Of a DNA stretch of 64,000 nt, positions 1-10,000 are shown in pieces. The translations under genes were made by a program, and so were the position numbers. This DNA comes from Tricharina praecox. Its lineage: Eukaryota. The first letter of the stretch is position 1, and each line of letters opens with the position of its first letter. Location of the stretch: NCBI RefSeq assembly GCF_024521635.1, contig NW_026250410.1, positions 62,001 through 126,000 on the forward strand, written 5' to 3'. The notes beneath the pieces are model-generated. The model did no database searches. It worked only from the letters and a program-made list of their open reading frames with translations, and was not told the origin of the DNA.

Positions 1-1503
1 ATCCTCTTACTCGCCAGCATGTCCGAATGATTTCCGGTGATCCCGATCCAGATACAATTCCGTCACTTTCCCGCACGAGCAAAAAAAAACCTCCTCGCCC
101 TTGCTGAATCTACATACTTCCGATCCATCTGCTGTCGGCTTGTTGTTTATCTTTTCCATTCCACTCTGCTCTACTCTGCTCCACTTGTATACACACATGT
201 AAGCTGTTCCTGTTTTCGGTACCAATATTCTGATCCAGGCTGTCGCTAATTATAGCTGTAGGCTGAGCTAGCCTCTAGGAAGTGGAACCTTACTACTTAG
301 CGGCTCGTCAAAACGCCAGCATTCCCAGACCCACGCATAGGAGTGCAAACGTCGCCTCCTGATCCCGTCCTGACAATCTGTCAGTCAGTCAGGCGTCCAC
401 AATCATTCCTTGTATCGTTACAATGCTTACGGACGTCGGACAGCATATACACATATATACATAGCCGAAAGCGTCCTGCTGATCATCCCGGGAGTCGGAA
501 GGGAAGAGAAGCGAGTCGCGACACGATGGGGCCTGGAGGCTGAAGCCGGATGCCAAAAAGGGCATTTATCAGCCACCAATTCTCGGCTCGTGATCACGCC
601 TAACCTCGTGTTGGATATCCATCGGGCTTGATCGATCATCGGACAATAGAATGTGGCAGATCGTGGATTCTAAAATATCTCCGGTATGCAAGCCTTGCCT
701 GGGGGCTGGCAGTGGCGTTGGGTAGACGCCATTTCGACACTTCCTCGCGTGTCGCGGCGTCTGGGATGTTCGGACGCCGCCCACGGCCACTTGTGTCATC
801 ACTCGCTCCTTTGGGATTCCGTCGGTCGGCGCGGACTTGGATTGCGTTTACTCAACGGCTAATAACCGAATTTCTCCGGTAAAAAAAAAGTAGACACGGA
901 ATTCAGAGTTTACCTACCTACGTTGTCCCGTTCCGAACAGTGATATACCGGTATCGGGCTGATGGCTTGCGGGATGACTGGTTCGTCCCAGACGCTCAGC
1001 ATATAGTAATATCCACAAGCGTAGAATTCCTTCCATCCCCGACCCAATCATGTACTCTACATACAAGCTACGGAAATTCCCACTTTCCGACAGTACCCAT
1101 CACAATGTCTCACTCCGCCAAGCCTCCGTGGCGCCGGCCTCATGTGGCGCAGTGGTGCAGGAATCTCCAGTATCTAACTAAGTACGATGTTATGCCGTTA
1201 CACGCATTGATCTGTGCCTCCCCGTCCGTGCTGATGCTGCATATATCCTGGCCGGAATGCTTAACTCAACCCCAGGTCTCGGTCTCGGTTTCCCGCGCCT
1301 CGGTGAGTAATGTTGTGCTAGCGGCTATCCGCGAGCGGCTATTGGGGCCCGAGAATGTCAGTTGGAAATTGGTGATACTACTGTACGTAGCTAAGTATAT
1401 ATAACCAGCCTTTGTCCCTCAATCTACGTCGTCATCATCATCATCATCGGCCAACTCTTCCTTCCTTCTTTCTTTCCTTCCTTCCATACACACAGCCATC
1501 ATA

Positions 1504-1973
1504 ATGCACGCCACACTGTCTTTCCTCCTCCTCAGCCTCTGCACCGTTTCCACAACCCTCGCGGCCCCGGTGGCCAGCACAGGCCGACGGAGCGATGCCA
1601 CCACCATCATCTGCGACACGCACGCAGGCTCCCCACTCCTCACAGACGCGCTCCTTGCCACGGGCACGCTGGCTGCCCGGACGAAGTGCGCAAAGCCGGC
1701 AGCGCCGTATTCCACCACAATGCTGAGTCTGTTCTCGGCGAACCTGAGCCTTGTGTGAGTCGCTGCATCACGAGTGTTTACGTACATAGAACACTGCTCA
1801 CTGACCGTGCGAACAGCGGCGACGAAGAGTGTGCCATTGACTGCGCCCAGGCCGCGGAGATGCTGGCGCGCGTGGCGGAACAGTGCCAGACTATTGTCGA
1901 TGGCGAACTTAGGACCGGGGGCCGCGTAGAATACACGCAGGGCACGTTCCTGAGATTGGCGTATGATAATTGA
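1504..1973 (+). CDS. Small secreted cysteine-containing protein (~135 aa, 2 exons), effector-like
   Basis: Signal peptide MHATLSFLLLSLCTVSTTLAAP followed by a dibasic RR. Intron 1755-1816 (GTGAGT...CTGAC...CAG) joins ORF 1504 in frame to GDEECAIDC...YDN*. Five Cys in the mature part. Confidence 0.8.
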
Positions 1974-2748
1974 GGGTAGATCGGTGGTGGTTGGCGGCGC
2001 GGTGGATGTACTTGTATGATGTCTTTTGCGGCGTGGTTCCGCGTGCATGTATGTGTATGATATCCTCCGAGGACTGGTTCCCCACGGGACGTTTGTTGGC
2101 TGGCTAGGAATCAAAAGACGTCCGGCGTATATACGTGATTGCCGAGCGATGTAGTGCGTACTGTGACGGATACTATCATACCTAGACTACTATGAACACT
2201 GAACAACCTGGCTACCTACATTCAACCGGGAATTTGAAAATCACCCACGTTGAGTCCATCCGAGGTATCTTCGTGATGTTATCCAGTACTGGCTACATTT
2301 GATCGACACTCTGAGCGAGAGCTCCCTGAAAGACTCACTTCCTTCCTTCGGGTCGTGGATGGTTCTGTTACGGGTTGACTTAGAGTTTGTTGTTTTCCGC
2401 CTTACAGTGTGCATGGAATGTCACTCGGATACAGAGTGATAGCGTGTGATCAAATGTATTATTTCGTCCGAAGAACCTGTGTATATTTGCGCGGGCTAAG
2501 CTCGTGAGCTTAGCATCTAGATCTGCGGATTGTCAAACTGAGATGTACATACGATCGGGATACATATACCTTGGATACCGGGAGCTAATGGGAAGATTGG
2601 AAGATCACAGAGCAAGGGAGTGAGGAGACGCGAAATGAAGAATCGAAGGTGCTGGGGTATTGGATCGCCGTCATCGCGTCGGCTACAAATTAGACTTGCA
2701 GCTATCCACCCCATCCCAACTCGCTAACAGTACATGTACGAGGCCTTC

Positions 2749-3734
2749 TCATTGCATCATACCGTGCCCTCCGGAAGCCGAGCCCTTTAGAACGGCGAGG
2801 ATCGCTCTGGTATTATCCTTAATCTCGTCCATTGCTTTATCAATCCGCTCGATACAATCGGCAATCCTCGCCATATCCGAGCGCTCGAGACGTGGTGGCT
2901 GCGGTTGCGGTTGCGGTCCGACGCTGTGATCTGTAGCATTTTTCAGTATCTTCATCCTCGGATCTGTCGGTGCCTGCAGCACATGCGCGATTTCCCGCTC
3001 CATCTGCCCATCCAGCCCCCTCTGCTCCATCTCATCGCGATACTTCTGTGCCCGTCGTCTCGCTTCGGCTTCGGCGAACTGTTGCCTCCATCCTCGAGGC
3101 CTGGCTTGCCTCAGCGAAGGAGTGGTTGCAATACTCTTTTTTTTTGCCACTCCTCGTGTAACGGTTCTTTGAGGAGCGACCGGCGATTCCTCGTCTTCCG
3201 TGTCTCCAGTATCGTCTTCACCGCGTGCTGCATCACGCATACCCACCGCCTGAGCCGTAGACATTTCCGAAATCCGCCGTTTACGCTTGAGTCCCGTCAC
3301 GCCCCTACCATCACCACTCTACGCGTCCCCATCAGCTCCACCACCACCACCTGCTCTCCCACCCCTTCCCCGCGCCCACCCAGGTTCCCAACGCGTAGTA
3401 AAATACACACCTCATCGACCCGTTTCTTCCAGGCCTCCATGCACACTCCCAGCTCGCCGGTGCGTCCCACGCCGGCAATATACATATCCAGCAACTTCCT
3501 AACCATCTGGCTCGGATTCCTCACGTCGCGGCCGGTCTTCTCGCTTGCCAGCTGCGCGATCTTCTCCCAGAACGCGCCTCGCCCGCCCGGAACTGAGTAC
3601 TCCGCCCCGTGCTCCACGCACATCTTCATGATCTCGAGCTTTTCCGGCTTCGTCAGCCGCACGCGCATGTTTTCGCCGCGGGCGCCCGGGGTGCGCGGCG
3701 GGTGGGGGCCGGTGAACGAGGTGGTGGTGGGCAT
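2749..3734 (-). CDS. Hypothetical nuclear protein with an N-terminal Myb/SANT-like helical domain (2 exons)
   Basis: Intron 3410-3319 (GTGTGT...GCTGAT...TAG) joins ORFs 3297..3734 and 2749..3300 in frame (VDE|SGDGRGVTGLKRKRR). RVRLTKPEKLEIMKMC...FWEKIAQL resembles Myb/SANT-like domains. KRKRR is a likely NLS and the C-terminus is coiled-coil-like. Confidence 0.7.
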
Positions 3735-4317
3735 CGCGCTGGCGTACGTGAGTGGGTACGGAAAAAGATCGCGTCGATGTTGCGCACGTGGTTACATAAG
3801 GACTCGGCTTGTGATTACCTAATTGAAGCGCACGGTTGCTATGGGAACGGTGGGATCGCGGGTGATCCAACCCGAGCGCAAGAAGCTGCACCGAAAGACG
3901 ATAACTATTTTTGTCTCCATTCTACCGCTTATGTAGACAATTGAGACCGTTCCGGTCAGGATCCTTTCCTCGTTTCGGAACGTTCTGGGGGCATACCAAA
4001 TCGACGTTTCCGAGTGATTATTCATGCGTACGAAGCGTCAGATGGAATCGAACAATCAAGACGACGGGAATAAATGTGGAGATGATGAAAACTACTACAT
4101 AGTGCACAGATATGGAGCTTTTTTCAGAGCCCAGCCAAAGGCTTCTGGGAGAGACGGGCATACAGCGCGAGTGACAGCTGAAGAAGCGCATACCGGGATG
4201 TTTCCTGCCATTTCCTCGCTCGCAAGCAGTAACGAATGCCATAAAGCGAGCCGGTGAACGTGTGCTCTGCGATTGGATCATTGAAACCGTGATAAAACGA
4301 CTCGAAGTGAATATCTA

Positions 4318-4600
4318 TCTTCAGCCCCACGTTTGCAACCTGAAAGCCAACGAAAAACATCGTATATAAGAAGCCAAAAATTCCCTGGCGCCGCCGAAGC
4401 AGGCCAGGAGCAGTCAAGGTTTAGTTTTCAACCAGCAAAAACCAGCTCTCGGATTAAATCCTCACTGAGACTTGTACTGCCCTTGCACTAGGATGGAGAA
4501 GAAAGACGGAGGTGCGGAGGGGAGAGGGGGGTTTTATAGGTGTTGTGGGGCGCTAGTGCGGGTCGAAAATTGGCCGACGGGGTCATTGTTCGAGTGATAC
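4318..4600 (-). repeat. U4 snRNA cassette, copy 1 (~283 bp)
   Basis: Aligns end to end with 25081-25371 (opposite strand) and 33978-34265. Ends are GTATCACTCGAAC...GGGGCTGAAGA. Confidence 0.9.
4368..4494 (-). ncRNA. U4 spliceosomal snRNA, copy 1 (3' end approximate)
   Basis: Minus strand reads AUCCUAGUGCAAGGG (U6 stem II arm), UCAGUGAGGAUUUAAUCCGAGA (k-turn 5' stem-loop), UUUUUGCUGGUUGAAAAC (stem I arm), a cUUCGg-capped 3' hairpin and Sm site AAUUUUUGG (4382-4374). TATAAAA at 4538-4532. Confidence 0.9.
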
Positions 4601-4742
4601 CTACTTGAAAGCTCATACAAAGGCATCTGGGAGGGACGGAGCATACCACGCGAGTGAAAGTGGATGATCCGACATGAAGCGGCGCACACCTGGATGTTTC
4701 CCGCCATTTCCTCACTCGCAAGCGGTATTGATTGCTATATGA

Positions 4743-5025
4743 CAGATTGAGGCGTCCGGAGCACATGAAGGATTTCTCCTCATGTCCGCTGTAAGGCGCT
4801 AGAAATGGTGATGTTTCAAGGAGCACTGTTTGGAGGAGTCAAGAACTCGGTCATACGAACTATATCCGGAGAAGGAGATGTGTTCTCACCGGCGGGTCTA
4901 TCTCCTGATGGCAGACAAATTCTGTATATATAGAAGCGCACCGGCCCGTAGTAAACGAAGAAGCAAGCAACAAAGCAGTCACATTTTCCTACCTATCCTC
5001 CTATCGATCTCAGTAGATTCGACAA
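4743..5025. repeat. Second dispersed repeat family ('BD'), fullest copy
   Basis: 4743-4935 is reverse-complement homologous to 33716-33908. 4922-5025 is reverse-complement homologous to 25384-25490. All copies share the core CTGTATATATAGAA. Confidence 0.8.
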
Positions 5026-5144
5026 CTAAAAACCATGGAGACGCCGGGAAGCAGCCGTGGATCGAGAGTGCAGACCACAATCGATTAAGAAGCCGATGTC
5101 ATCCTCTCGCACAGCGGCCAGAGCAACAACATTTGGCCAATGGC

Positions 5145-5520
5145 GCATGCATGCCTCACTGCATGCATGGCCAGAGGAAAGACCTTTGCTCTGAAAGGAA
5201 GAAGACCTCCGTGTATAACGTGGGGGGGTAGTAAGCCAAGTTATACGCGTATAACTTGGGGCGGTAGTAGACCAAGTTATACCTTCTTTGGGTTTTTTGT
5301 TTCATCGTCACGAAACCGTCTGTAGCCCGGTTTGGAGATTCTTGGGCCTTGACCATGCATGCGGCATGTCTCTCACACATGTGGCATGCATGGCCGGGAG
5401 GAAAGACCTTTACCCTCTCACAGCAAAGGAAGAAAAACCCCCGCGTATAGCCTGGGGGGTAGTAGACCAAGTTATACTTTGTTTTTTCTTCCTCGTCAAC
5501 ACGAAACCGTCTGTCACCCA
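5145..5520. repeat. Degenerate tandem duplication containing three 33-34 bp palindromic-arm units
   Basis: Duplicated units at ~5145-5328 and ~5353-5519. GTATAACTTGG-N12-CCAAGTTATAC-type units at 5213-5246, 5249-5282 and 5445-5477. Confidence 0.8.
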
Positions 5521-6876
5521 GTCTCGGAGAGGCCATCCAACGGGGGCAAGTCGGCTCTCACCCGACTTGGACCCCCGGAGGAAGGGGGAAAGAACTTTGC
5601 CGGCAGCAGAAGAGAAAACCCCGTCCTTGGACCTTTTCTACTCAGCCTCGAGGGTTAGATGCGTCTATTGTCGCTGCAACCGTCTACTTTGTAGACAGGT
5701 TGCACGGATCCCTCAGTTCCTCGCTGCTACGGCTGAGCAGGATAGCTCTGTAAGGTTATCCTGGAAGTAAAAAGAGGGCGGGGGGAGAGAGCACGTACCT
5801 CAAAGAGTAGGCCTCGGGGCCGATATCGGACCGTGAAAACTAATCATAAGTCAGTAGCATGAATCAACAAGTAGGTGGTCTCGCACGGGAAAGAAGAGGA
5901 AAGGGTTCATGTATGGGTACTGATTGTTCTGGATAGCGGTTGGTTCTGGATGTGTGGAGGAGAGGGAGGAAGAGTTGGTAGGAAAGGTGGAATTTTATAA
6001 GTGAAGTGGGTAAGATTCCAAACAACCACTGCTAGCGCACTAGCCGCGACTCCAAAGCTAGCTTTTCAGCAAACAACCGCTTCATTCCAAGGTGTCGGCA
6101 TGTGCTTGGCATCACTCGAAGTCACTCGAAGTGCGAGTGAGTATTATTGAATACGATCCCACAGCGCGGAACAGAGACAAACGTGAGATGGTGGCGAGCA
6201 CCTTTGCTACTCTCCATATAAACTCTTCTAAGAGAACGCATGTGTAACTTCCACCATCAGCACTTGCTACAACTCGGCATCACCACTAAGTCCACAACGC
6301 CGGTTCTAAAACAAAAACATCACGTTTTTGCACACGGCTCTTTCTTTTACCAACACCAACTCTATGCTGCCGGCGGGGTTGAGAGGAGATACAGCGCACA
6401 CAGAAGAAAGAGCAGATAGAGGTTGAGCATCTAAGGTATTCTGTAGAGAATCATGAGAGAGAGCGGCCTCTCGGACAGCTTTTCAGGCTGAGTTCACTCC
6501 CCCGCTGGCTGCCGTAATAGTTACCATCCATACTCCCTCCATCCGTTTTCTCTCGCCGAAAGCTTTTTTTATTTAATCATCTTAAAATTCGACCTTGGTA
6601 GATCATGGTTGTAGTACACATCCGGTTCCGCCCTACTGTCTCCGACCGCTAGCTGTGAGCTCGATACACGAGAGATCCTAGGGAAATAAACAGATATAAA
6701 AGGAGAGAGAGAGAGATAAATATGGAGATATAAAGAAAGCGCTTAGAAACCTGGCTCCCATCCTTCCTTCTTCCCTAGCACTGGCTTAGGACAGGTTCAG
6801 GTAGGCACAGGGATTGTGTGAAAGTTATATACCATGAGAGGTTGTTAGAGTTCATTTGACGTTGTGAGATCCTGCT

Positions 6877-7086
6877 TCACAGCCACACATCTGCACCCCG
6901 GCGCGGCTGTGTGGCGCCATGCCGCCGGCAGTGTCCTAGCGTCCCAGTCCATTCCGGGCCCTGTAGGGTACCCGTCCTCACTTCGCCAGCCCGGAAGACT
7001 ATATTCATTGTTCTCCTCAGCCCTACTAATCCCTTCCCGTCTCGGGCAACCTCAAAGACGGACTGGACGGACGGTTGACCGCCCTG
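6877..7086 (+). mobile_element. Solo right end of the hAT-type element at 39953-43250
   Basis: Colinear with 43042-43250 and ends in the TIR GGACGGACGGTTGACCGCCCTG. No matching left TIR or TSD found nearby. Confidence 0.85.
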
Positions 7087-10000
7087 GGCGGAGTAGGGAG
7101 AGGGGGCGGAAGGTGTCTTTTCCTAGTGTCATTTTCTTGGTGCATTCTATCTTCATTAAGGACACAGGCCGTGGCGGAGGGTATGGAAAGCCACACTGGG
7201 CCGCTTGATGAAAGTTGGGTTGGACAGTGATGTGGAAATGGAGTGTGTATGGGTGGATATTGCCATGATCTAGATACGTCGCATGCAATCAATCATTCAA
7301 CAAAAAAAAGGACTGGGTAAGCTGTACTCTAGTATGTACGACCCGTGGCGTAGCAGCCTGCAGGTAGCTGGACTCTAGCTTCGGCGTCTCCACGCAGTCA
7401 CTCGCATCGAGTGACATATAGACAACCACCCGTTCCTATTCACGAAACTCAATTCCCACCAGTCAGACATGTCCAGAACCTCATGTAACGTCTCCTCCGT
7501 CTTTTCCTTCACACATATCATCATTCTTGGGCGAGTCTCAGCGCATATGTGTGCCGAGGCGTGCCGAGTCGTTTTCTGGCGGGGATCATGGGATGGCCTA
7601 CCTATAAAACCAGCGAGAACTCGTCATTATCTCTTTCTCTTCTTCTCTTCTACACATCACTTCATCATCCTTTCTATCCTCCTCATTTACTCATCGCTCT
7701 CTCATTCTCAAGACCAACTTACTCGTCCTTCTCTCCTACACATTGCTTCCTCGCCCTTCTTCCCCTCTCTTCCTCATCACTTCGCCATCCTCCGCCATCC
7801 TACTCGACATCCGGTTGATCAGGTGAACTGACTGGCGGTTCAATCGAATGGGCAGTTCAATAAATCAATCGGTTCGGCACGACGAATCAATGCAACTTTC
7901 TCCCTCGTCTCCACTTACTATTCGACTACTGGATGAAGGGAGCCTAACGAGACTACGGACGTGAATACCCTGTGGGGGGGGCTCCAGCAGCACACCATCT
8001 AACTGGAGGTAATCACTACAGTCACTATACCATCTGAGACTCACCGTGGCCCGGTACACTAGCTAACTACTCGCAGCCTCCGGCCGATTCTCCCTGATCA
8101 CTCGCATATTTTGTCTGAAAGATAGCAGCGGCACACACGTATTACATCGCAACGAATTATCACGTACGTATATGAGTACCTAGTACGCTGCGACCAAATC
8201 CGGTATCACGACCATCAACCAACAGACCTTCCCCCGCGCCCCGCAGAATCAGACTTCAGTAACCACAACGACAAGTTCATAATGACGAGGGTCATAGACG
8301 GAGATACAGGTAGTGCCTCGACTCTCGACGGGTCTAGACGATACTATAGGCGCTCTGCGGCTCGCTGATCGGGGAATCCTGTGAAAGTTCGAAGTTCTCG
8401 AGTGATGAGATATGAGGTGGTCACCTCCAGCAAGCAAGCACACTCGATTTTGCAGGGTATATTATCAGAGATCTACTGTGTCCTTCTCACAGCGGAGTCT
8501 CCTACTCCCATGTGCCACACCCGGGAAGCATAGGTAGGTAAATGGTTGGACCATCTCAATGACCGGCGCCGCAGTGTATCGCCAGAAATCGGTAGTTGCA
8601 GCGTAATCTAGTGGAAGTATGTAGTGGTTATATCGCAGCCCGCGGACTGCACAGTGCAATTGCGGAACCGAGTGGGCTTCGCGGCGAGTAGGCAAGTCCG
8701 GTAATGGTGCTAGTGGTGGTAGTAGTGGTAGTGGTGGCGCCTGGCAGGCTGGCAGTCGAGGGATGGGGTCCTCGATAACGGATGGGTTAGGCGCACATAC
8801 GAGAGAACGATGGTACTATGCGATCTTCGGCACAGTGTAGCCGCTGGAAATAAGGAAGCAGCTAATAGAACGAAGGAGATGTCCTTGGTGGTGGTCTTGA
8901 CATAGCGGCTGATGGCAGTAGTAGCGGATGGGGCGGGAGTAAGTGTAGAGGGATGAGGGGGTGGAGGGATTCTCAAGGCAAGAGCAGCAGGGAAGAAAGT
9001 ATTGGGTAGGAGTCTTGCTATTGAAGTAGAACATCTTTACATGATGTGGGAGATCTCAGGATCTCAGAATTGAAGAAAGGTCGTTGGGTCAAGAGTAAGT
9101 TTCTCGCATAGGAGCTGTTTAAAGCATGGTGAAGAAGAAGAAGATGAATCAAGGGAAGGAGTAGGTTGAGTGGGAGGATTGGTAGGCCACACGGGTTCAT
9201 AAACTCCCGTCGCTATTTCCCAGCTCCAAAAAACTCCGATATATCCTAGTGGTATATAAGGGCCTGTCCTGTGCGGGCTTCACCGGTTCAATTCCCTGAA
9301 TGGAGTTTCCTGGAAGACTCACCTCGAGGTGGAAGGTTTTTTGTTGTGGGCTTGCTCGGAGTTGCTGTTTTTTTTTTACGCTGGTATACATGCGACGTCA
9401 CTCGGTGATCGAGTGACGGTCCGTGGAGAAGGTAGTTGTATTCGCCTACGAGAAGAATTTTGCTGAAGTCTGTGTATATCTATCTTTGAGCATGCTACTC
9501 ATTCTTGCCATCGAATCCAGCCGGGTCGATTGCCACTGACCGAGTGTGTGGCTTAGATGAATCGTCCGAAGCCAACCGACATTCCTCTAGAATGAGCAAC
9601 TTTCCTCAAACCCGCGCGTTCGTCACAGCCAGTTCCCGTCTTAGTACCGGTACATAGCACCCATCCTCCTTGTAAACAGCAAAACCCTCCACCGTTTTAC
9701 TACCAACATTGGTGCGTCTTCCGCAGCCCAAACTATTCTCGCCAGCGCAGAAGGAAGCGCTCCCGGAGAGGTCGGTCGCCAGTCGTGCCATTTCGCATTC
9801 ATTGATCGACGACAATAGTTTTCTTCTCGCTGTTGCTATGTACTTATGTACCGTCAGATGTGCAACTGTATGTAGTAGGCAGAATATCCTATCCTATCCG
9901 ACAGACCCTAAGCTCGAGACGCCCCGACAACCGCGCCGCACCTCATACTATAAACAAGGAGACCAGGGTAAGATCCGCGATACAAGATCGCTCGAGTCGC

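Larger units (their letters stand above)
4137..4728 (+). repeat. Diverged ~100-bp direct repeats (4137-4232 and 4618-4728) bracketing U4 cassette copy 1
   Basis: Both copies share AAAGGC.TCTGGGAG.GACGG..CATAC..CGCGAGTGA and GGATGTTTCC.GCCATTTCCTC.CTCGCAAGC. Confidence 0.75.

Noticed and set aside
7386..9431. 2-kb TIR element bounded by ~30-bp imperfect inverted repeats
   Set aside because: Similarity is limited to a palindromic motif. No TSD and no transposase.
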